Of a DNA stretch of 64,000 nucleotides, positions 1-9,197 are shown piece after piece; within the stretch, counting starts at the first letter, position 1, and each line of letters opens with the position of its first letter. The notes beneath the pieces are model-generated. The model saw nothing but the letters and a program-made list of their open reading frames with translations. It did no database searches and had not been told where the DNA came from. Origin of the DNA: an uncultured Actinomycetota bacterium (GTDB lineage Bacteria > Actinomycetota > Thermoleophilia > RBG-16-64-13); the NCBI GenBank assembly GCA_963783835.1, contig CAWAOX010000014.1:87855-151854 (forward strand), written 5' to 3'. The position numbers and the translations under genes were made by a program.

Positions 1-241
1 GGCCCGCGCCCTCAACGACCGGTTTCTCGAGACGGGCTACAAGGTACTCCGGCTCATCCTGGAACGCGCAGTGGCAAGGGGCGAGGTCCCTGGAGGACGG
101 GATCTGGAATTCATCATCGAGATCATCCCGGCGTTGTTCTTCTCCCGAGTACTGACCAGCGGCAAGCCCCCGGACACAGCCTTCGCGCATCGGATCGTCC
201 ACGAGGTCATCTACCCGCTTGCGACCTCGCCGCTGCCCTGA
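1..241 (+). CDS. TetR/AcrR-family regulator, C-terminal part (cut by window edge)
   Basis: Frame 2 reads ARALNDRFLETGYKVLRLILERAVARGEVP...RIVHEVIYPLATSPLP*; ILERAVARGE is typical of TetR C-terminal domains. Confidence 0.7.
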   Translation, partial: ARALNDRFLETGYKVLRLILERAVARGEVPGGRDLEFIIEIIPALFFSRVLTSGKPPDTAFAHRIVHEVIYPLATSPLP

Positions 242-330
242 GGGCAGGAGGCGTAACGCAGACCTCTCTCCTTCCCCCCGTCGGAAGCCCCGGTGCCCTT
301 GGAGCTGATACTCGCCCTACGCGCGAGGAC

Positions 331-1091
331 ATGGTCGCCGACGCGAGACGCATCATCGACGCCGCCCGCGAGCAAGGCCTGGTTCTACGCCTGATCGGCG
401 GCCTGGCCGTGCGCTTCCATTGCGAGACGCTCGACTTCTGCGAACGGGATCATGGCGACATCGACCTCGTCGGGCACAGGCGCGACGCGACGCGAATCGC
501 GACCCTCTTCGCCACGCTGGGCCTAGAAGAGAACGTCCACGTCCGCCTGGCGACCGGTGGCCGGCAACTTCAGTTCGCCCGGGAGGGCCGCCATAAGCAG
601 GAGTGGGCCCCCTACGGCCAGCACAACGACGACCACGTCGACGTCTTCCTAGATACCTTCAAGATGGACCACACCATAGACCTGACCGACCGGCTGGACC
701 CCGAGGGCTACACAATCACGGTGAGCGATGTGCTCCTCACCAAGCTGCAGATGGCCAGGCTGAACGAGAAGGACGAACGCGACATCTTCTACTCTTCTCC
801 AGGATCTGGAACTCGGCACCGCCGACGACCCGGTCGATCGACGTGCCCTATGTCGCCCGGCTTTGCGCGCGCGATTGGGGTCTCTTCCACGATGTCGAGT
901 CCAACCTCGCCCTGCTACGCGCGCGGCTCGAGGCGTACGACCTGGGGCCCGGCGAGCGCGACCGGGTGCGAACGAAGCTCGGCCGGCTCGAGGAGGCGAT
1001 CCAGGCAGAGCCAAAATCGCTTGCCTGGCGCCTGAGGGCCAAGGTCGGCACACAACGGCCCTGGCATGACACGGTCGAGGAGCAGGACTAG
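331..1091 (+). CDS. Nucleotidyltransferase-fold hypothetical protein, frameshift near 790
   Basis: LIGGLAV...RDHGDIDL (GG..DxD motif); frame 331 hands over to frame 603..1091 (IDVPYVARLCARDWGL...). Confidence 0.6.
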
Positions 1092-1161
1092 CCTCTCCAC
1101 CGCGAAACATCTTTTCTCCGGGAGCACGGCGGCAAGGAAGCCGGCCTGTTCCTGGTGCTGG

Positions 1162-2211
1162 TCACGGAGTCGGCGGTCCGGAGGTGCGCTCGGGCGGCGG
1201 CTCGGGGTCGGTCTTCTTTGTGTTCCGGGCCAAGCTCTTCTGCACGACTCCAGACGCCCCCGAGTAGAGTCTCGCCCAATCGTCGGGGTCCGATTCGTCG
1301 GCCCCCAATCCCGGCGGATCTTCGAGGACCACCGCGTACTCGTAGGCTGCACGGTCTTCCCGCTGAGCTGATAGAGCACCTTGTTCAGCCTGACCCCCAG
1401 CAAAGTGATGATCGCCATGAAATCCGCCCAGACTATCAGCGCCACAACCTCCCACCAGGCCGACATACTTCGGAGGGTCCGACCAAAAGAGGAACGCGTT
1501 GAACGCCCGCGTCCCTATCGCGCAAAGTACGGCCGTGAGCAGGGCGCCCTGCCAGCAGTCTCGCAAGGAGATGCGGATGTCGGGAAGAATGGCGAACACG
1601 AGTATCAGCACTCCCCAACTGAACAGGAAGGCTATGACCCCCTGAGAGATGTCGACGAGGACACCGTTCCCGGTAAGACCCTGCAGCAGGGGATCCCGGA
1701 ATACAGGGCGACCGAGTGATGAGAACGGCGCTCGGAACAAGTAGCAGGCTGAACAAGAGAAGCCGTGACAAGAGCCTGCGAAACGAGAACCGCGTAGGCT
1801 TGACCCGGATGTCCCACATGATGTTGAAGGCGGCCTGCAGTCTCACGATGAGCCGGGTCGCTCCATAAAGGAGCATGGCGCTCCCGATATTGTCCGCTTG
1901 CCTGGCCCATCTGGAGAACTCAAGGACGATGAGCCTGTGAAAAAGTTGAGAGCCAGGGTCCCACGTACGTCGCCAGAGTCGGCTGCAGGTGCCTCGCGGC
2001 AGGCCGGACAGGTGAAGTGGCCTGCTATCCGGAGAGTGAGAAACGTGAGGGGAGCCAAGGAGAACAGCAAGTAGTAGGCGATGCCCGCGCTAAGGAGGGG
2101 GCCGTTCCGTCGCGAATAGCCTCGATAAAAGGCCCACAACGGGCGGACGACGGCTATCCTTTGGAGCCAGTTCCCCCACTTTGGTTCCCGGCCAGTTCGT
2201 CGGGCGTGCAT
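1162..2211 (-). CDS. YihY/BrkB (virulence factor) family membrane protein, several frameshifts
   Basis: SAGIAYYLLFSLAP, LYGATRLIVRLQAAFNIMW and FAILPDIRISLRDCWQGALLTAVL occur in successive frames. Confidence 0.75.
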
Positions 2212-2451
2212 CCTGGAAGCTCTCCCGTTCACCCGGGTCGCGCCGCGATTGCGGCTGAACGGTCCCACTCTTATCAGCCACGCTCGCTACCGTGCTCGCA
2301 GACACCACGACTCCTCCTTTGCCTGCAGGGAGTTGATGAGAGCCTAGGCCCCCGGCAGGACGCCACTCGTCGATTTCGGCTTTCCACACTACCAGTACGG
2401 GCGCTTTGAACCTACTATGTGTGTTCCGTGGTTATCGGCGGTGGGTGATTC

Positions 2452-3480
2452 ATGACCAAGTACTACAAATCTCGCAACCTCAATCATCCCGTTGTCTACG
2501 TCCAAGAAGAGGGACAGTGGCGAGGCTACGCCCCTGGAGGGGTGCTGCAGCGCTCAACGGGTTCGATCCCGCAGGTCATTCTCGCTCAGACTGTTGAGAT
2601 CACCCAGGACCAGGCCGAGACGTTGCTCAGGATCATGCGGGCCGAGGCAGAGAGGATCGAGAGTCAGCGGGCCGAGGCGGCTCGGGTCGCGGGTCTTCCC
2701 GTCCGAAGCAGCGCCCCGCAGGGAGCGGTGACGCCCGAGGTAGGTCCCGCCCTTCAAGGTCCCTCTTCCCCGCCTCGTTCCCGGCGGCCCGGCTGGCTCC
2801 CCTACGCCCTGGCGGGAGGCGCGGCCGTGATCGTGGTCGTGGTGCTGGTCGTGTTGGCGACGACCGGGGGCTTCTGGGGTGGTTCGGGGGCCCCCGTCAC
2901 CCAGGCGGGTGGGACGGGGACGGCGAGTACGGGAGCGCCCGGTGTTCTTCCGGCACAGGTCGTGGCCACGGTCGGCGGCCGATCGATCACCAGAGAGCAA
3001 CTCGATCGGAGGGTCGCCGATTTCGAAGCACAGTACGCCGGCCAGATCCCCGATGAGAAGAGCGCCCCCGACCAGTACAAGCTGTTCCAGCAGGACGTTC
3101 TCGAGTACATGATCACCCACGAGCTGGCGAGCCAGAAGGCCGAGCAGCTCAACATCTCGGTGACCGACCAGGACGTGCAGACGCAGATCGACACGATCCT
3201 CAGGGGCTCCTACGGCGGGGACCAGACTAAGTTCGATGACGCCCTGAGGCAAGAGGGCATCACGATCGATCAGTTCAAGCGGACCTACAAGGAATCGATG
3301 CTGTTCAAGAAGGTCTACGCCGAAGTGACCAAGGGCATCCCCACCGTTCCGGACGGCGACAGCACGCTGCTGGATGCCAGGCGGACCGAAGCGTGGCAGA
3401 AGTGGATCGCACAGGCGAAAGCAGAGTCGGGGGTGACGTACGCCGATGGCTGGAAGCCGACTGTGGCCACCGGGACCTAA
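2452..3480 (+). CDS. Membrane-anchored SurA/PrsA N-terminal-domain chaperone-like protein; no rotamase domain seen
   Basis: TM segment, then VVATVGGRSITREQLD...VLEYMITHEL..QKAEQLNISVTDQDV. Confidence 0.65.
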   Translation: MTKYYKSRNLNHPVVYVQEEGQWRGYAPGGVLQRSTGSIPQVILAQTVEITQDQAETLLRIMRAEAERIESQRAEAARVAGLPVRSSAPQGAVTPEVGPALQGPSSPPRSRRPGWLPYALAGGAAVIVVVVLVVLATTGGFWGGSGAPVTQAGGTGTASTGAPGVLPAQVVATVGGRSITREQLDRRVADFEAQYAGQIPDEKSAPDQYKLFQQDVLEYMITHELASQKAEQLNISVTDQDVQTQIDTILRGSYGGDQTKFDDALRQEGITIDQFKRTYKESMLFKKVYAEVTKGIPTVPDGDSTLLDARRTEAWQKWIAQAKAESGVTYADGWKPTVATGT

Positions 3481-3560
3481 CTCCCATAGTCAATGATGCT
3501 GCAAGACTGTTCCCGCTAGGCGGTCCCCGACTTGCCCACCGCAAGCAAGCAGCCGCCGGG

Positions 3561-4292
3561 CTACCCCAGGAGCGCCTTGCCGTCCGCGACTCGGGTCCCG
3601 GCTGCGCCTCCGCTCACCAAGGGGCACAGAGCCAGGAGTCTACGGACCTCCCGCAGATCGTCCTGCCAACCTTCGGTGGGGTCTGCCGTCTGATGACCAT
3701 CGGAAACGCGGGCCAGGATGTTGTTGAAGATGGTACGCGACCGCCCCGCCGACACGAACTGCGGAAGTCCCAAGAGATACGCGATGTCCTCGGCCCAGAA
3801 GACAACATGGAGTTCCCACGCGACCTGCTCCGAATCGACGCCTGCCCGTACAGTGCCCTGGGCCTTCGCTTCCTCGATCATGCGGGCAAGCTTCTCGATC
3901 ACGCGTAGCTGCCTGATACCTTGAGCCTCTCGTAGTCCTATCTCAGGCGGCGCAGCGAGGAACTCAAAAAGTGGGTAGACGAACGAGCCGCGTCCCGACG
4001 AAACGAGACCCGAGTGCAGCGTGCTAACGGTGCGGAGTCTCTCGGGCATCGGAAGTTCGGCCGACGACTCGAAAAGAAACTCCTCTATCTGGTCATACAG
4101 GAGGTCGAGGGCGGCCAGTAGGAGCTCGTCCCGGTTCTCAAAGTACTTGTAGATGGAGGCAGCCGATACCCCGGCCGCCTCGGCGACCCGCGCGGTCGTC
4201 GTCCCCTGGATCCCCTGACGCGCGATCACCTCTAGGGTCACTTCAGTGATCTGACGCCTTCTATCCGCTGCAGTCATTCTTGCCATGCTCAT
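3561..4292 (-). CDS. TetR/AcrR-family regulator
   Basis: HTH: RRRQITEVTLEVIARQGIQGTTTARVAEAAGVSAASIYKYFENRDELL. Confidence 0.9.
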   Translation of the reverse strand: MSMARMTAADRRRQITEVTLEVIARQGIQGTTTARVAEAAGVSAASIYKYFENRDELLLAALDLLYDQIEEFLFESSAELPMPERLRTVSTLHSGLVSSGRGSFVYPLFEFLAAPPEIGLREAQGIRQLRVIEKLARMIEEAKAQGTVRAGVDSEQVAWELHVVFWAEDIAYLLGLPQFVSAGRSRTIFNNILARVSDGHQTADPTEGWQDDLREVRRLLALCPLVSGGAAGTRVADGKALLG

Positions 4293-4321
4293 AGTATATC
4301 CCGAACCGGCCGGCTGCTAAG

Positions 4322-4448
4322 TAAGTGTATAATCACTTATTATAGAACTTTGTCAGTTTGCATAAAAACGCTATTAGCTGGTCTTTATTGACGTTCTGGA
4401 CTGACATAGGTGGTTGACTTTCATGCTTAGTAAGTCTATAATCACCTA
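4322..4448 (+). promoter_or_regulatory. Two TetR-type operators plus a sigma70-like promoter
   Basis: TAAGTG-TATAAT-CACTTA (4322-4339) and near copy TAAGTC-TATAAT-CACCTA (4431-4448); TTGACT (4414)-17 bp-TATAAT (4437). Confidence 0.8.
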
Positions 4449-4538
4449 CAGACGGCCAAACTCTCTGACTTTGAGCAGGGCGAGGGGGACAAGACCTCCC
4501 AAGCCACAGATTTCCACGATAGACAGGAGCAGTGGATC

Positions 4539-4649
4539 ATGACAGGCATTATTGGACTTGGGATCTTTTCATGTGTTGGCGGTCTCATTGTTCTCTTCTG
4601 CATTCTTCGGGACTCGTCGCTGGGCGCAAGGCTCTTTCATCGTCCTTGA
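4539..4649 (+). CDS. Small single-TM protein (36 aa)
   Basis: AGGAG (4525), then MTGIIGLGIFSCVGGLIVLFCILRDSSLGARLFHRP*; lies downstream of a consensus promoter; too short for the ORF track. Confidence 0.55.
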   Translation: MTGIIGLGIFSCVGGLIVLFCILRDSSLGARLFHRP

Positions 4650-4743
4650 GGCTACACGCTGACTCCGTCGGACATGTCCTGACAGAGGGCGTCTGGAGCA
4701 GCCCGCTCTTCGTAGACTCCGCGAGCGACGCCCTGGCCTGAGG

Positions 4744-5455
4744 CTACGAGGGCAATACCGGGGCCCCGGGGTGTAGCCGAGGGACGAGGGTCCCGATAGC
4801 CGCGCCTGCCAGTGACCCAGCCACCACGTCGGTATAGAAGTGCCTCCCGGCGCCGACGCGTGCGGCCGAGATGAGCGCGGCCCCTCCGGCCAGGAGCATC
4901 CAGGGCCAGATCCCCTTGTCACCTCGGAGCCGACCCATCATTGCGTTCGCCGCCAGCGCCCCCGTCGTGTGGGCACAGTGGCCCGAGTAGAAGGAGCCGT
5001 AGCCGCGGACCTCTCGTTCCAGCTTGGGGAACAGGGAGAGTGTAGACACGGGGAACAGGCCGGGCGACCACCGTTTTGACAACGATATTGGCGGCCGAAT
5101 TCATGGCGATGACCTCGGTATAGACCAGGAGGTCCTTGAGCAGGTCTCGACTGAGGCCGTGCGCGCGAAGCGACGAGATGACGGGAGTGGTCAGCGCCGC
5201 GATCTCCAAGACAGAGCCTAGTTTGTCGAGCGAGCGGCTGTGCCACCGGACAACCTCTCGGTCCAAGGGGTTGATGGCCTCTTCGTCGCAAGGAAAGCAG
5301 TGCGGCTCGACGATGCGTTCCCTCACCGGCCGGCCAAGCAGCGCAGCAAGCGATGCAGCCGCGAGCACGAGTCCGTCGTTCTTCCACGAGAGCGTGAAAG
5401 ACCAACCGTCTCCAACGGCCCCGCCGGTCACTCGACGCTCGCTACGTTCAACCAT
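4744..5455 (-). CDS. PAP2-family phosphatase, frameshift near 5035
   Basis: KTVVARPVP (C1), SFYSGH (C2), ARVGAGRHFYTDV (C3); AGGAG before ATG 5455. Confidence 0.85.
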
Positions 5456-5681
5456 CTCCTGGCTCAGATAGTTCACGGGGCACCCAATCCTCCGAATACC
5501 GGGGCCATGATCTACCGCATCGCGGTGCCGCATCAGGGTACATGGAGGGTCTCCGTTTTCCCAGGACCTCGCCCCGAGGCTCGGACGCCTCTTCTCGCGA
5601 CCGTGCTCGCCGTGCTTAAGTATCTCGAGAACCGGGAACACCTCTGGAGACTGAAGCCGGCTTCCCCTGGGAGAGTCCACG

Positions 5682-5924
5682 ATGAACAACGAAGAGTCGG
5701 CCGAGAAGTCCTTGGACTGCATCGGCCTGTTCTGTCCCGAGCCGCTGTTCCAGACCCGCGAGGCGATGGACGGCCTGGGCGTCGGTGACATCCTCGAGGT
5801 ATTTGCAGACGACCCGGCCGCGGAGGAAGATATCACGAGGTTCGCCAAGCGGGCGGGCCACGAGGTGGTCCTGATAGAGGAACAAGGTGACTACAAGAGG
5901 TTCTTGATCCGCAAGGGCCGCTAG
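5682..5924 (+). CDS. tusA: Sulfurtransferase TusA family
   Basis: LDCIGLFCPEP (CPxP motif) and DDPAAEEDI. Confidence 0.85.
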   Translation: MNNEESAEKSLDCIGLFCPEPLFQTREAMDGLGVGDILEVFADDPAAEEDITRFAKRAGHEVVLIEEQGDYKRFLIRKGR

Positions 5925-5936
5925 GAGGAGACGATC

Positions 5937-6299
5937 ATGAAAGATGAGAACGCCATCCTGTACGTACAGACGAGCAACGACCCCACACGGCAGTACTCTC
6001 CGCTCGTGCTCGCCCAGTCGGCAAAGGCGATGGATCTGAATCCCACGGTCTACTACCTTGGAATGGGTTTGCTCATACTGCAACCCGGAGAGGCCGAGAA
6101 GATCCAACTGGGTTCCTTCCCGAGCGTTCGGGAGATGCTTGACAAGACCATGGCCATGGGCATCCCCATCCTGGTCTGCGAGGCATCCAAGCAGATGCTC
6201 GGATTGGCTACGGTGGAGCTCATCGAGGGCGTGAAGATCGTAGGCGCGGCGACCCTTAACGATCTCGCGCTCGATGCCGGCGCGACCATGTGGTTCTAG
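5937..6299 (+). CDS. DsrE/DsrF-like sulfur relay protein
   Basis: ILVCEASKQ and ELIEGVKIVGAATL; operonic with tusA and iscS. Confidence 0.75.
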   Translation: MKDENAILYVQTSNDPTRQYSPLVLAQSAKAMDLNPTVYYLGMGLLILQPGEAEKIQLGSFPSVREMLDKTMAMGIPILVCEASKQMLGLATVELIEGVKIVGAATLNDLALDAGATMWF

Positions 6300-6308
6300 G
6301 CGGATAGC

Positions 6309-7490
6309 TTGTTGGCGCCCCTGCCTGAGAACGAGGTCTACCTCGACTATCAGTCGGCCCGACCGGTGGACCCCCGGGTCGTCGAGGTCATGCTGCCCTA
6401 CTTCACAGAGCGCTTCGGCAACCCAGCCTCCCTGCATGCCCCGGGTGACCGCGCCACCGCGGCGCTCGACGAGAGCCGGGCCGCCATCGCCGACTTTCTC
6501 GGCGCGACGCCCGACGAGATCATCTTCACATCGGGCGCTACCGAGTCGAACAACCTGGCGCTCATCGGCTACGCGAGCCGAAACAAGCGATCCGGTGACC
6601 ACGTGGTGATCTCCGAGATCGAGCACATCTCCCTGCACAACATCGGCAAGTACCTGGAGAAGGAAGGCTTTCGGGTCACCAAGGTGCCGCCGGACCAGTT
6701 CGGCCGGATCAATCCGGACAAGCTCCGCTCCCGGATCACCGACGACACGATCCTGGTCTCGGTGGGCTGGGCCAGCAACGAGATCGGGACCCTGCAAGCC
6801 ATCCCCACCATCGCCGAGATGCTCAAGGGCACCGGAGTGGCGCTGCACGTAGACGCTGTCGCAGCCGAAGGTCAGCTACCCATCGACATGGCCGCCGTGC
6901 CCGTCGACCTGCTGACGATCTCGAGCAATGACATCTACGGTCCTCCCGGGCTGGGGGTGCTCTATGTACGCAGCGGGGTCCGGCTGGCGCCGGTCACCAT
7001 GGGTGGTGGACAGGAGCGGGGGCTCCGATCGGGCACCGAGAACATGCCTGCCATAGTGGGTATGGCCGCCGCCGCCCGCATCGCCGCCGACGAGCTTGCG
7101 ATAGAGGGTCCGCGACTCGCCGCCATGCGCGACCGGCTCATCAGCGCGGTGCTCTCCACCATTCCCGACTCCCGCCTGAACGGCCATCCCCTGGACCGCC
7201 TGCCCAACAACGCTCACTTCCGCTTCGATGGCATCGAAGGCGAATCCCTGGCCTTGTCCCTGAGAGACGAAGGGATAGCGGTATCCACCGGCTCGGCCTG
7301 CTCCTCGAAGACCCTCGAGCCATCGCATACCCTCCTCTCGTGCGGGCTGCTCCACGAAGAAGCTCACGGATCGCTCGAATTCACCTTCGGACGGTACAAT
7401 CGCGACTCAGACGTCGACCGCGTCATGAGCGTCCTGCCCGGGATCGTCAGACGCTTGCGGCAGATATCGCCCCTCTACAATACGGTCTAG
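6309..7490 (+). CDS. iscS: Cysteine desulfurase (IscS/NifS type)
   Basis: FGNPASLH, FTSGATESNN, GGGQERGLRSGTEN, STGSACSS. The PLP-lysine motif reads SSNDIYGP rather than SxHKxYGP. Confidence 0.85.
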   Translation: MLAPLPENEVYLDYQSARPVDPRVVEVMLPYFTERFGNPASLHAPGDRATAALDESRAAIADFLGATPDEIIFTSGATESNNLALIGYASRNKRSGDHVVISEIEHISLHNIGKYLEKEGFRVTKVPPDQFGRINPDKLRSRITDDTILVSVGWASNEIGTLQAIPTIAEMLKGTGVALHVDAVAAEGQLPIDMAAVPVDLLTISSNDIYGPPGLGVLYVRSGVRLAPVTMGGGQERGLRSGTENMPAIVGMAAAARIAADELAIEGPRLAAMRDRLISAVLSTIPDSRLNGHPLDRLPNNAHFRFDGIEGESLALSLRDEGIAVSTGSACSSKTLEPSHTLLSCGLLHEEAHGSLEFTFGRYNRDSDVDRVMSVLPGIVRRLRQISPLYNTV

Positions 7491-7500
7491 GGAGTACCTC

Positions 7501-8304
7501 ATGAAATCAACGCAATACTCAGAGAAGACTCTGGATCACTTTCGGAACCCCCGCAATGTGGGCACGCTCGAGGGCGATGACGTCGCCGTGGGCCGCGTCG
7601 GCAACCCCGTCTGCGGCGACCTCATGGAGATGTACGTTCGCGTGAAGGACGATCGCATCGAGGAGATCAAGTTCCAGACCTTCGGATGCGGCTCGGCCGT
7701 CGCCACGTCCAGCATGATCACCGAACTCGTCATAGGCAAGACGCTCGACGAGGCGCTGGAGGTCACCCGCGCAGACGTCGCGGACGCCCTCGACGGTCTA
7801 CCGCCGGTCAAGATGCATTGCTCGAACCTCGCAGCCGACGCGCTGCACGACGCCATCAAGAACTGGCGCTCCGGCACGCGCCTCAAACCGCTCGGCGCAG
7901 AGGAGATCGCCGCGGCCGGAACGGGCTGTGGCGCTCGCGAGGCGACCATCATCCAGGGAACCGCGGAGTACGCCGGCAAGGGTGTCTACACCGGAGTCGA
8001 CGACGTCTCGGTCCTCGCCGACAAACGCGCGCTGGTGGTGGACAGGGGAGTCCCTTCGGCCCGTCTTGCCCTCGCGCTCACCAAGGTCACCCCTCGCGTC
8101 ATCTTCGTCACCGAGCTTGAGTCACTGGGCCTCCCCGAGGAGTTGGCGTCCGAGGTCAAACGCTCGGACGTCAAGGTGCTTTTCCAGTCACGGCTGCTGG
8201 CCGTGCGGGGCGAAGGCGAGGTCGAAAAGGTGCTCATCCGCGATCTGGACGAGGACGACGAGTACGAGCTGTTCGTCGACGCGGTGGTCCTGCTAGAAGC
8301 CTGA
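7501..8304 (+). CDS. iscU: IscU/NifU Fe-S scaffold with C-terminal thioredoxin-reductase-like domain
   Basis: GNPVCGD, TFGCGSA and LPPVKMHCSNLA, plus about 140 extra C-terminal residues. Confidence 0.85.
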   Translation: MKSTQYSEKTLDHFRNPRNVGTLEGDDVAVGRVGNPVCGDLMEMYVRVKDDRIEEIKFQTFGCGSAVATSSMITELVIGKTLDEALEVTRADVADALDGLPPVKMHCSNLAADALHDAIKNWRSGTRLKPLGAEEIAAAGTGCGAREATIIQGTAEYAGKGVYTGVDDVSVLADKRALVVDRGVPSARLALALTKVTPRVIFVTELESLGLPEELASEVKRSDVKVLFQSRLLAVRGEGEVEKVLIRDLDEDDEYELFVDAVVLLEA

Positions 8305-8345
8305 TTTCAGCCGCGGTCGTTCTGTCGGGCCCGCTCCCTCGACCG

Positions 8346-9017
8346 CTACTGGAGTTGCCCGCGGATCTCCCCCTTCGGGTAGGCTTCGGTTCCCACGTTG
8401 AGGTAGACGGAATTGGCTTCGATCAGGCCGACCAGGTCCTCGATGGTCTTGCCTTTGAGGGGTCCCAACAGGTCGGACGCCGTGAAGGACCCTTCGGCGA
8501 CAGTCCCCGTGTACAGCCCGCTCTTGGTCGGGCCGCCATAGATGGTGAAGATGACCGCTCCGGTGGCCCCCACCTCGCCTTCACGCAAGCGAGCCACGGT
8601 GAGGCTGATGATGCTGTCTACCTCGAGGACATAGTCGACCGAAGCCCCGTCGGCAGCCACCGTGAGCGTCAGCGTCCCGCTCGCCGCGGTGGTGACAGGG
8701 GGGATCTGGTTTCCGCCGCCCAGATCGGCGGTGTAGGTCGCTGCCACCTGATCTCCCGCCGACGTCGAGTCGGTCGTATCCTCGCCCGACCCGGTGGTCG
8801 AGCTGGTTGTGGCCGACGAGGCCGAAGACTGCGCCAGGGTGGTCGAGGTCGAGTCTGGCGACTGCCTGTCCCCGGACAGGACGATCGCAAGGATCACCAC
8901 CACGACCACCGCGACCAGAAACAGGATCAAGGCAAGACGACGTCTCCCCGCCTCTTTGCGGCGGAGACGTTGCTGCTGTCGAAGATATTCGTCGTCATTG
9001 GGTCCAGTTTGTCTCAT
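8346..9017 (-). CDS. Membrane-anchored CHRD-domain protein
   Basis: TM, S/T linker, LGGGNQIPPVTTAASG...YLNVGTEAYPKGEIRGQL. Confidence 0.8.
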   Translation of the reverse strand: MRQTGPNDDEYLRQQQRLRRKEAGRRRLALILFLVAVVVVVILAIVLSGDRQSPDSTSTTLAQSSASSATTSSTTGSGEDTTDSTSAGDQVAATYTADLGGGNQIPPVTTAASGTLTLTVAADGASVDYVLEVDSIISLTVARLREGEVGATGAVIFTIYGGPTKSGLYTGTVAEGSFTASDLLGPLKGKTIEDLVGLIEANSVYLNVGTEAYPKGEIRGQLQ

Positions 9018-9197
9018 GCTGCTACCTCGCTGCTGAAGAACGGCCTTGAAACGAGGACTGCTCATGATTGACTTTCGTCCATCTTGGTGCACCTTCCTGC
9101 TTGTGGCGCCCCAGGCGCTGCTGACCTGAGTGGGCTAAAGTTGCGGACAAAGAGCTCTCGAATGCGGCCTGAACCAGAAACCAGACAAGCAGGGGTC

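Noticed and set aside
9018-9197. M-box riboswitch upstream of the Mg-type ATPase
   Set aside because: No recognisable M-box consensus; an Rfam scan would settle it.
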